A program made the position numbers and the translations under genes. From the IMG/VR virus record IMGVR_UViG_3300020156_000029, positions 208-64,207 of that record: 64,000 nucleotides of DNA, one strand, 5' to 3'. The notes below the pieces were generated by a model that made no database searches, was not told the origin of the DNA, and saw only the letters and a program-made list of their open reading frames with translations. Positions 29,512 to 37,998 of the stretch are shown here, one piece after another (positions within the stretch are counted from its first letter, which is position 1; each line of letters opens with the position of its first letter). This DNA comes from a virus. Lineage: Duplodnaviria; Caudoviricetes.

Positions 29512-30723
29512 TTGAGCACCATCGACGAGAAGCTGAAGGACTACGCGACGCCGCGTCAGTCCGAGATCATCGACGCCCTTAACGCGGCGGCCGGCAACGA
29601 GAGCGCGGCGGCCCGCGCCCTGAGCGTGGCCCGCCAGACGGTGCAGAGCGCCGTGCGAGAGGTGAAGAAGAAGGCGGCACGGGCTGGCTATGCCCCCGGC
29701 CACTTCAAGGACGGCGTCGCCCCCGGTTACCTGATGGGGAAGGTGACGGTCCACCGCGACGCGGCTGGCCAGGTCGTCCAGACCTGGGAGCGCCAGTCGC
29801 CGGAGGAGGCCGATCGTCTCGCCGCCGTCCTCGAGGCGGTTCGCGAAGCGGCCGAAGACCTCCCCCGCCTCGCACCGCTGGCCGCGCCGGCGAGCACGCT
29901 GAAGCACCTCCTGAACCTCTACGTCTTCACGGACTACCACCTCGGCATGAGGGCCTGGGCGGAGGAGGGCGGCGCGGACTGGAACCTCGAGATCGCCGAG
30001 CGGATGGTCGTCGAAGCGTTCGAGCACATGATCGCCTCGGCCCCGGCCGCTCGGGTCGGCTTCATCGGCCAGCTTGGCGACTTCCTGCACTTCGATTCGC
30101 TCCTGGCGGTGACGCCGACGAGCCGGCACGTCCTTGACGCCTCGTCGCACTACAAGGAGGTCGTCCGCGCCGCCATCCGCATCATGCGGCGGCTGATCGA
30201 CTTTGCGCTCCACCGGCACGAGGAGGTCGTCGTCCTGGCGGCCGAGGGGAATCACGACCTGATCGGCGGCGGTGTCTGGCTCCCCGAGCTTGTCCGCGCG
30301 CTCTACGAGAACGAGCCCCGCGTCACGATCGTCGACAGCGCCACGCCCTACTACGCCTATGAGTGGGGCTCGACGATGCTGGCCTTCCATCACGGCCACA
30401 TGAAGAAGCTCGAGACCCTCCCGCTCGTCTTCGCCGAGCGCTACGCCGAGATGTGGGGCCGCACCAAGAAGCGCTACGCCCACGCCGGCCACTACCACCA
30501 CGAGGTCGAGAAGAAGGACGTCGGAGGGATGCGGGTCACCCAGCACCCGACCCTGGCCCCGAACGACAGCCACTCGGCGCGCGGCGGCTATGCGGCGAAT
30601 CAACAGACCTCGGTCATCACCTATCACGAGCGCTTCGGGAAGGTGGCTGAGAACGTGGTGACGCCCGAGATGCTGACGGGCTTCGACGAGCCGGTGGGCG
30701 CGGGACGGCTGGGGCTGCGGTGA
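29512..30723 (+). CDS. HTH-fused calcineurin-like metallophosphoesterase
   Basis: N-terminal HTH 'GNESAAARALSVARQTV'; motifs DYH, GDFLH, GNHD, HHGH, GHYH. Confidence 0.8.
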   Translation: MSTIDEKLKDYATPRQSEIIDALNAAAGNESAAARALSVARQTVQSAVREVKKKAARAGYAPGHFKDGVAPGYLMGKVTVHRDAAGQVVQTWERQSPEEADRLAAVLEAVREAAEDLPRLAPLAAPASTLKHLLNLYVFTDYHLGMRAWAEEGGADWNLEIAERMVVEAFEHMIASAPAARVGFIGQLGDFLHFDSLLAVTPTSRHVLDASSHYKEVVRAAIRIMRRLIDFALHRHEEVVVLAAEGNHDLIGGGVWLPELVRALYENEPRVTIVDSATPYYAYEWGSTMLAFHHGHMKKLETLPLVFAERYAEMWGRTKKRYAHAGHYHHEVEKKDVGGMRVTQHPTLAPNDSHSARGGYAANQQTSVITYHERFGKVAENVVTPEMLTGFDEPVGAGRLGLR

Positions 30724-31046
30724 TGATCAAGCTGGCCATCTCCTTCGCCCTGGCCGTCGCAACGGCCGCTCCCGTGACCCAATACGTCTCGCTCCCGCCG
30801 TCCGAGTTTCAGGGCGGCGCTCCCATCGCAGTCAGGCTGATCACCGGCCCGCGCGCCGACATCGACCCCGCGTGCAAGTTCCTGGGCGGCCAGGTCGGGC
30901 CGGGCATGGTCATCGCGGCCTGTTACAAGAACGGCGTCATCGTCGCGCCCGATCCGTGCGACCCGTTCTTCGCCGGCGAGAAGTTCGCGGACCTGATGTG
31001 CCACGAGATCGGGCACGCGCGGGGTTGGAGCCACGAGGTCGAGTAG
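30720..31046 (+). CDS. Small exported protein with HExxH motif
   Basis: Signal peptide, four Cys, 'CHEIGHARGWSH'. Confidence 0.6.
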   Translation: MMIKLAISFALAVATAAPVTQYVSLPPSEFQGGAPIAVRLITGPRADIDPACKFLGGQVGPGMVIAACYKNGVIVAPDPCDPFFAGEKFADLMCHEIGHARGWSHEVE

Positions 31047-31189
31047 CGACCCAACCCGCCCCGCGCTTCGGGCGGGCCGCGCTATCGTTCTCTCGTCACC
31101 CCGGCCACGCGGACAGCCCTCGACCTCTCCTGCGATTGTGGCTCTCGTCCCGCTGAATGTCGGGGTGACACCCCCCAAGAAAATAGTCC

Positions 31190-31217
31190 TTGACGCGGGA
31201 ATGTGACCCGTTATGGT
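31190..31217 (+). promoter_or_regulatory. Sigma70-type promoter for tmRNA
   Basis: TTGACG-N16-TATGGT just upstream of the tmRNA acceptor piece. Confidence 0.65.
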
Positions 31218-31223
31218 GTTGCT

Positions 31224-31490
31224 TGTTCGGGTCTGGACACGGGTGCGAATCCCGTCACCTCCACCACGAACGCACAGACGGGGGATCGCTCCCCGTCGCC
31301 AGAGAGCGAAGCTGGCGGCATCTGAACCGGACTGTGCGTTCTTGATGGGGGTGATTAGTTTCGACAGGCCCAGGGCGCGGTAGCCAATCCGCACACATTG
31401 AACTGTGAACGACAACTACGACCTGTCTCAGGCCATCGCGGCCTAAGCGGAGCCCGCCGAGGGCTTGGCAACAGAACCTCGGCACCTCAT
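31224..31490 (+). ncRNA. ssrA: Circularly permuted (two-piece) tmRNA
   Basis: Acceptor piece with T arm ACGGG-TGCGAAT-CCCGT and CACCTCC-ACCA (ends 31266) precedes the 5' piece GGGGGTGA (31347); the stem gives the G3-U70 Ala determinant; tag ORF 31405-31446 VNDNYDLSQAIAA*; outer ends approximate. Confidence 0.92.
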
Positions 31491-31499
31491 TCGGGCCTC

Positions 31500-32005
31500 G
31501 GCCCGCATCGCGCAGACCCCGCGTCGTAGGGTCGACGGCCGAGAGAGAACGGCAAGCGCCGAGGGTCTACTCCCCCTCGATTGACGGGCTCGCAGGCCCC
31601 GGAGAGCGCGATGTCTGCGGATTATTCGCCCGAGAGGGCGTCCGATGAGTGGAGAGCGACCACTCCTTCCCGAGCCCAGGGAGTAGCACGCTCAGAGGGT
31701 GACCCGAGAGGGAGCGCCGGCTAGGAGCTTGCCGGTAGAGGGGTGGATTAGCTGGGATTCAAAACCCTGGCTTCGTCCACCCCTCGATCCAGTTGCCCCT
31801 TGGGCGAGGCCGCCAGCCGGAGGCGGGTTAGAAGTGGATGGACGTGGGGCCTTAGGGCCTTGGTGAGATGTCGTGAAAGGGCGGCGGTCGGTCCTGGGTT
31901 CGATTCCCAGTGCGGAGGCAACTCCGCGTAGCTCAGCCTGGTAGAGCAACCGCGACAGCCGCGCGACAAGGCCGGGCATCACCCGGCGGGCGTTACAGTA
32001 AGCGG
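31500..32005 (+). ncRNA. Large ornate structured RNA with permuted tRNA-like domain (GOLLD/YrlA-like)
   Basis: No credible ORF; many GNRA-capped hairpins; CTACTCCC(31567)/GGGAGTAG(31679) long-range pairing; T arm, capped acceptor stem, D arm order at 31884-31953; followed by a terminator; ends approximate. Confidence 0.75.
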
Positions 32006-32010
32006 CCCGC

Positions 32011-32045
32011 AAGGCCCCGGTCTTCGGATCGGGGCCTTCTCCTTA
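32011..32045 (+). terminator. Intrinsic terminator of the ncRNA cluster
   Basis: AAGGCCCCGGTC-TTCG-GATCGGGGCCTT followed by CTCCTTAT. Confidence 0.75.
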
Positions 32046-32104
32046 TATATGAGAGCCTCGCTTTAGACAGGCGCGGCGTCTGGCCATCGTGACACAATAG
32101 GCGC

Positions 32105-32367
32105 TCAAGCCGTCCGTCCCTCGCGATGATCCCAGGTCGCCGACAGGATCGCCCAACTAGGCCGTGGGGTGCGGGAGCTTTCAAACGTGGCGCTGCGGCG
32201 ATCGAGCGGCGACCCCATCCCGAGGGCGGAAAACCGGGCGCTGGCTCCCAGCGAAAGTCGACGGCCCATTTGGCGGCCATGCCGGCAACAAGCACGAGGG
32301 GCGGCCCGCACCTGGCGGGGAATGCTTCGGCCACGGCCCGACACGGGAGTCGCCCCTCGACCTTCTT
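32105..32367 (+). ncRNA. Unidentified structured RNA candidate
   Basis: Nested helices and loop-loop complementarities (see findings); no credible ORF; strand inferred from G-U pairs. Confidence 0.45.
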
Positions 32368-32419
32368 GGCCCAACCGAACCACCGGATTAATCCAGAACG
32401 TCAGCCTAGCGCGCGGACC

Positions 32420-32635
32420 CGTTCTGTTTTACAGTGCTCTATCGGCTCCTAGTGCGGGCAGGAGCCGGGTTTTACACCTAAGTCGTTGAGAAACCACGTA
32501 TGTTATCAGCTTCCCAAGCTGAATGTCGTGGGTTCGATTCCCATCGCCCGCTCCAAAATCCCTAGACATTAGAACGACATAGCTCGGTGGTCATTTCGGC
32601 CAACGCCCGAGTTTTACACCGATTTTACAGGTCTA
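32420..32635. mobile_element. attP: core identical in form to the 3' part of tRNA-Gly(CCC), with arm-type repeats
   Basis: 32506-32555 TCAGC-TTCCCAA-GCTGA-ATGTC-GTGGG-TTCGATT-CCCAT-CGCCCGC-TCCA lacks a 5' half; TTTTACA direct repeats at 32427, 32470, 32612, 32623. Confidence 0.88.
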
Positions 32636-32727
32636 TGATTTGTTCTGTTCGCGGTTCGATCTCCGTTGACGACGGAATAAAACGGTGTATGCAATGACAC
32701 ATCGTTTCATTCCCAACGGATTTTCAG

Positions 32728-34454
32728 ATGACCGAGAGACTTCAGTCCGGCGACGCCCGAGTCGGGGACGTCGTCACGCCACTTAGCTCAATCTCGCAGC
32801 ATGAAGCGGAGCCCCGATTCAGGGCCGGCGAGCGGCTCACGGTGACAGCCGCGTCCGCACGTTCCGCACTCCTGACGGTGATGGACGATGGCGGAAAGAG
32901 CGGAACTTGGTCCTGCTCATGCTTTCGGTTCGTCGAGCCGAGGTCGGCCGAGCAGCTTCTCCACCGCGCACTCGGAGATGTCATTGAGGCGCTCGCGCCC
33001 CTGACGGTGGTGGGCCGCCCCGTCGTCTCGCTGGATACGGCGCTGACCTCGGCAGTCGCAAAAGCCAACACCCTCCTCGAACAAGGGCCGGGCAGCGAGG
33101 TCGCGGATTTGCGCGCGGCGCTGCAAGCTGAATGGGCCTGGCACGAACTGCGCTGGGATTTGGCTCTCGACGAAGCCCGTGAATGCTCTCATCGCGAGGA
33201 GAAGGGCGCGGCGGCCTCGGCGGCGCGGTCGGCGAACAAGCACCGGGAGCGCATGGACGCGATCGAGGCCGTGTTGCCGCGCCAGGCTCGGCAGGCGGAG
33301 GCGGCGTGATGCTGGTCGAGGAACTCCGCAAGGCGCTCGCCAAAATGCCCGGCGAGATGAACGTCTATCTCACCGGCGGCAACGGCATCGCCTCCGCCAA
33401 GCACCTGTTCAAACTCAACCTCGTCGGCGTTGAACAGTCGTGCGAACTTCGGACCTATTTCGAGGACCACACGCCCGACATGCAGGACTCGTTGATCGAG
33501 AGGCACACTGGATTCAACACCCGCGAGGAGTTGATCGACGCCTACAAGAAGCTTGTCGAGGCGCAGACGAAATCGGCAGAGCCCGCCCGATGACCGACCG
33601 CTACCTCCTGATGAAGCGCGGCCTCTACTATCGGCCCGACGCCATGGGCTACACCGGAATCAGGGACAACGCCGGCCGCTATCCGAAGGCCGAGGCGGAG
33701 ACCCACGTCCACCCCGAGTCGGGCGTGACGATGATCCCCGAGGGCCGCGCGGACGAGTTTTCGCCGGCGTGCTGCGACGACCTGGCGCGCGATCACCTGA
33801 AGAAACAACGGGACGACTTGCGGGCGGCGCTGGACCTGGCGCTGATCCGCCTCGGCGCGCTCGAGCCGGGTGACAGCCGGGCGGTCAGCGACGAGTTCGT
33901 CGCCATGGCCGCCGCTGGCACGCCGCACCACAACGACGAGGGGCGCGAGATCATCCGGCGCGCGATCGAGAGGGAGTCCGCCCGATGAGAGCCGTCCTCA
34001 CCAACGCGATCGAGAAGGAGGACGGCCCGTCCCCCGCCGACATCCGGCTCCGCGATGAGTTCGCCATGGCGGCGCTGACCGGGTTTCTCGCCAACCCGAA
34101 TCTGACAAGTGCTGGCGACCTTCAATCGGCGGAGTCCGCCTATATCTGGGCCGACGCCATGATGAAGGCGCGGGAGCCCGATCCACTCGGCCGCGACGCC
34201 AGCGGTGTCACGCCTGGGATGCGCGACTACCTGGCCAAGGGGCGGGAGGGGGTGCGGTCGTGAGTAACCGCCGCAAGGCCGAGCGTCGAGTCGAGATCGC
34301 GCGACTGCGCGAGGAGGGTGCCGAGGCGGCACGCGCTGGCCGGCACGTTCAAACCTGTCCCCAGCGTTACATGCGGACGGAAAACCGGGCGCATTGGGAG
34401 CGAGGATATTGGGAAGCGGTTGAGCGAGAGGGGCTCCCGCACTTCCCCACCTAA
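32728..34454 (+). CDS. Operon of five small hypothetical genes (32728-33309, 33309-33593, 33590-33988, 33985-34263, 34260-34454)
   Basis: Consecutive start/stop overlaps downstream of a TTGAC promoter at 32666; 'LRDEFAMAALTG' is a common phage motif. Confidence 0.65.
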
Positions 34455-35491
34455 CCCGCCGCCGCCCGCCCCAGCTTCTCGATCTTCGCGCGGAGACGCT
34501 TGGCCCGGTTGACGTAGCGGTCGATGATCCCCTCGACCTTCTCCTTCTTCCACCCGAGCATCTCCGCGATGTCCTCGGTGGTGAGGCCGGCCAGATAGAA
34601 CTTGGTGGCGGCGGTGCCGCGCGCGTCGTGGAAATGGAGCGTCCAGCCCGCCTCCTCGAGGCCGACCCCCTCCGGTACGTCGTCGCCGAGCGCCGCCCAG
34701 CACGCCTTATTCCACGATGAGCCGAACCCGCCGGCCCAGGGCGTCCCGTCCGTCGACGTCAGGACGTGGGTCGAGCGCTTGGGGATTTCGGCCAGGAGCG
34801 CGCGAAGCTCGTCGTAGAGCGGCACGACGTATTCCAGCTTGCCGCGCGACTTGCCGGTCGGCATGACGATGGCCAGGTCGCCGATGTGGCCCCATTGCAG
34901 CTTGAGGAGGTCGCCTTGCCGGAGGCCAGTCAGGCACGCCAGCCGGAGCGCCCACATGATCTCGGGGCTAGCCGTCTTAGCGAACGACGTCAGGTCTTCG
35001 GGCGTCCAGATGTGGTCGGCCCGGTCAGCGCTGTAGAGGTTCGCGATCCCGAAGCACGGGTTCGACTTGAGGCGGCCCTCCTCGACGGCGTAGGACAGCA
35101 CGGCGGAGAGCACCTGTTTCCCCATGTCGGCCGCGCGCGGGTTGTCCTTCCACTTCGAGCGCCACTTCTTGATGACCTGGCGCACCTCGGGCTTGTCGAA
35201 GGTCTTCACCGACAGCTTGCCGAGGCCCTCGTTGACCCGGTCGAGCCACGGACCCCAGTTCTTTTTCGTGCTGGCGGCCAGGCCCGCGTAGGCGTCGCTC
35301 TCCTTATAGTCGGCGATCAGGCCCGACAGCTTCGAGGCGTCGTCGGGGCCGGCCGTGAGCGCGTGCCAGGCGGCGACGAACTCCTTCGAGCCCGGCTGGC
35401 CGGGGAGGCGCGGGCCGCCGCGCCAGGCGTAATAGTATGTCCGCCCCTTAGCGTTTACGCGGTGAAGGCCCTTGAGGTCGATCGTCGCCAT
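34451..35491 (-). CDS. int: Tyrosine integrase
   Basis: 'LTGLRQGDL', 'FHDARGT' (HxxR), 'LGW', catalytic 'RY'; N-terminal 'YYYAWRGGPRL' typical of alphaproteobacterial phage integrases. Confidence 0.93.
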   Translation of the reverse strand: MATIDLKGLHRVNAKGRTYYYAWRGGPRLPGQPGSKEFVAAWHALTAGPDDASKLSGLIADYKESDAYAGLAASTKKNWGPWLDRVNEGLGKLSVKTFDKPEVRQVIKKWRSKWKDNPRAADMGKQVLSAVLSYAVEEGRLKSNPCFGIANLYSADRADHIWTPEDLTSFAKTASPEIMWALRLACLTGLRQGDLLKLQWGHIGDLAIVMPTGKSRGKLEYVVPLYDELRALLAEIPKRSTHVLTSTDGTPWAGGFGSSWNKACWAALGDDVPEGVGLEEAGWTLHFHDARGTAATKFYLAGLTTEDIAEMLGWKKEKVEGIIDRYVNRAKRLRAKIEKLGRAAAG

Positions 35492-35672
35492 TCTCGGTCA
35501 TCCAGTTCGCGATCTCGTCGGCGGGCTCCGGTTCGGCCGTCTCCCCGCCTTCATATAAGGAAATAAGCCCGGTATGGCGGTTGACGTCAATGCGACGGAC
35601 GGTGAAGCCGGCGGCCTTCGCCCCGGCGACCGCCTTGGCCACGTCCTTCTCGGTGAAGGCGGGTGCGCTCAT
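35448..35672 (-). CDS. Small protein upstream of integrase (excisionase position)
   Basis: 'MSAPAFTEKDVAKAVAGAKAAG' overlaps the int start. Confidence 0.55.
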   Translation of the reverse strand: MSAPAFTEKDVAKAVAGAKAAGFTVRRIDVNRHTGLISLYEGGETAEPEPADEIANWMTENGDDRPQGPSPRKR

Positions 35673-36049
35673 TCTGGAAACACCTTCCTGACTTCGACGC
35701 CGGCGGCTCGGGCCTTCGCGACCATATCGGCCGTCCCGCGCCCGCCGGGGAAGGCCACTACGATGTCGGGCCGCCCCTTCTTCAGCATCTCGGAGTTGCG
35801 GATCGGCCCGGCGCGCCGGCCGTGCTTCGCCCAATCGGCGCGGTATTCCTCGAACTTCGTCCAGTTCACGACCGCCCACTGATCGGCCAGGCTGTCCGCG
35901 CCAGGCGCGCCGCCGTGGATGATCACGGTGCCTCGGCGCGGGAGCATGTCGCCCTCGTCGATCGTCATGGCGTCGAGGGTCTTGGCCAGGAGCCGGTAGT
36001 CGGCAAAATCCCGGCCGCCGCAAACGAGGATGCGAAGGGGGCGGGTCAT
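35669..36049 (-). CDS. SLOG-superfamily protein (DUF2493/YspA-like)
   Basis: 'ILVCGGRDF', 'IIHGGAPGAD', 'AGPIRN', 'AFPGGRGTADM'. Confidence 0.88.
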   Translation of the reverse strand: MTRPLRILVCGGRDFADYRLLAKTLDAMTIDEGDMLPRRGTVIIHGGAPGADSLADQWAVVNWTKFEEYRADWAKHGRRAGPIRNSEMLKKGRPDIVVAFPGGRGTADMVAKARAAGVEVRKVFPE

Positions 36050-36533
36050 CCCGCCAACCTCCGGCCCGCCTCGGTGAGCGAGAACTGAACGAACCCGCCG
36101 CCGAAGTTGATCTTCGAGGCCAGGCCGCGCTTCACGAGGTCGACGAAGATCAGGGCGGCGCATATCGCCTCCTCGGTCTCGAGCGGGTTGGGGAGCGTGT
36201 GCGGCCCCTCATCTCTGAGGAACCGCACGGCCATGAGGTCGGCTTCGGCGCGGGTGATGCTCATTTGCGCCCATACCCCATGTCCTTGAGCATCTCCGCG
36301 ACCATGTTCCAGACATGGAGGTCGAGGCGAGGCCAGTTCTCCAACCGGCCGGTCTTTGATACCCGGCCCTTGTCCAGAGCCGCCGAGTCACGGCCAACGA
36401 AGGTCTGGCCGTCGTAGGTTCCGCGCCGCCAGTTCTCGACGCTGGCTTGACCGTCGTTGCAAATGTGCATCCGCGCCAACTCCGTCTTAGAGCCGTTGAC
36501 AGCGGACCAAAGCTCAACCCGAACGACGATCAC
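36046..36533 (-). CDS. Two small hypothetical proteins (36046-36264, 36261-36533)
   Basis: Coupled by 4-nt overlaps within the leftward operon. Confidence 0.6.
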
Positions 36534-36964
36534 GCCGCCGCCCTCACGTCCGTCAGCATCACAGGCTTCGCGATGCCGGTGTCGTCCAGCGCGATCGGGA
36601 TGATGACGCGGAGGTTCGGGATCAGCGCCGCGTCGACCATGGCCTCGGCGGTGGTCGTGACGACGATCTCCTCGTCTTCGACCGTGCGGACGGCCCCGAT
36701 CACGTCATCGAAGGCGGCGAAGAAGTGAACCTCGAAGTCGGGGCCGGAGAGGATGGCGACAGGTCGCCAGGCCTCGCCGGGGAGGACGACGCCCGTCTCC
36801 TCCCCGAACTCGCGGACCATCGCGGCAAGCGCGGTCTCCCCTGGCTCGATCTTCCCGCCGATGGCGTTCAGCTTGCCCGCCTGCCAGGCGGGGCGGTTTT
36901 TGCGGACGAGGGCGACGCGGTCGGCGTCGGCGTCGAACAGAAGGCCGGCGACGTAGCGCATCAT
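36530..36964 (-). CDS. NUDIX hydrolase
   Basis: Nudix box 'GGKIEPGETALAAMVREFGEETGV'. Confidence 0.9.
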   Translation of the reverse strand: MMRYVAGLLFDADADRVALVRKNRPAWQAGKLNAIGGKIEPGETALAAMVREFGEETGVVLPGEAWRPVAILSGPDFEVHFFAAFDDVIGAVRTVEDEEIVVTTTAEAMVDAALIPNLRVIIPIALDDTGIAKPVMLTDVRAAA

Positions 36965-37998
36965 TGGGCGACCCCCGACTTCAAGGCCTCGACATCGCCG
37001 CGTGTGAGCCCGGTCTTCTCCTCGATCAAAGCGAACACCCCCGCCTCCATCTCGGCGGCCGTTTCCGCTTCGGCGACGATGGCGGGGATCGTCTCGGCGT
37101 TGCGGGTGCTGTCGAAAGCCCAGGGCGTCGGAAAGATGATCGAGTGCCGGTCGAACCAACCCTTCAGGACGGCGTCGAGCTTGGCCTCGACCTCTTTCGT
37201 GTCCGTGGTGATTTCGCAGTAGTCTTCGCCGAACGCGCCGTTGTCGTCCGCGCGCTCGCACATCTGTTCGATGATGTCGCCGGCGGACGGAAGATATTGC
37301 TCCATCGAGCCCTTGGCCGCCTCGATGATATAGAAGGCATCCTCGCCGTAGTTCTCGCGGCCGGCCTCGATGATCGCCTCGCGGCTGTCTTCCGGCCCCA
37401 CGGGATAACTCTCACCGTCCCCGCCGGCGTACCATTGCCAGACGGGCTCGGGCTTCTTGTAGCAATCCGGCCGCGTCGCCAGCCCCAGCTTCACATAGGC
37501 GTCGTGAACGGCGATGGCCTGGTTCTTGGAGTCGACGAGCGCGTCGTGATGCACGCCGGCGTCGCGGTTCGGGGCCACGCCGGCCAGGTCGTAGATTGTG
37601 CGGCACGAGCGCGGCGCGCGGTGCGACCACGGATGTTTCAGGCCGACAGCGGCGAAGGCGGCGACGAGATGAGTCTCGTCGAAGTTCGGATCGTTCGCCC
37701 AGAAGAACTCGCCGCCCTGGGTCGTCCACCACAAGGTGAACTCGCCGAGCGCCTGGACAAGCGACACCTGATCGGTCTCGAGGCGGGCGCGCGCCTCCGG
37801 CGACTGATCCGCCCACCACGCCTCGGTTTCCGGGTTCACCGTCAGGCCGGCGGCCTCGCACGACTCCCGCGTGATGTTGCGGTAGAAGGTCTCGCCCAGC
37901 GCGCCGGAGATTGGGTCGAAGACGACCGCGCCGATGGAGCGGATGACGGACCCTGGCGTCAGCCCCAGGGTCTCGAGGTCGGTCATGATGTGGCTCAT
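36961..37998 (-). CDS. DEDD 3'-5' exo(ribo)nuclease with acidic C-terminal domain
   Basis: 'MTDLETLG', 'SIGAV.F', 'NFDE', 'HDALVDS..QA'. Confidence 0.85.
   Translation of the reverse strand: MSHIMTDLETLGLTPGSVIRSIGAVVFDPISGALGETFYRNITRESCEAAGLTVNPETEAWWADQSPEARARLETDQVSLVQALGEFTLWWTTQGGEFFWANDPNFDETHLVAAFAAVGLKHPWSHRAPRSCRTIYDLAGVAPNRDAGVHHDALVDSKNQAIAVHDAYVKLGLATRPDCYKKPEPVWQWYAGGDGESYPVGPEDSREAIIEAGRENYGEDAFYIIEAAKGSMEQYLPSAGDIIEQMCERADDNGAFGEDYCEITTDTKEVEAKLDAVLKGWFDRHSIIFPTPWAFDSTRNAETIPAIVAEAETAAEMEAGVFALIEEKTGLTRGDVEALKSGVAQ

Noticed and set aside
3829-30627. Long antisense ORFs (e.g. 3829-5643, 17177-18820, 23729-26083, 26500-28104, 29398-30627)
   Set aside because: Shadow frames of high-GC genes with no RBS or recognisable motifs
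31884-31953. Ordinary tRNA gene
   Set aside because: Arms are in permuted order, the acceptor stem is closed by GCAA, and there is no anticodon loop or CCA
31255-32489. Short ORFs in the RNA island
   Set aside because: Atypical composition, no RBS, and they overlap clear RNA structures
32506-32555. Intact tRNA-Gly gene
   Set aside because: Only the anticodon arm to CCA is present; no D arm or 5' acceptor strand upstream, so it is interpreted as the attP core
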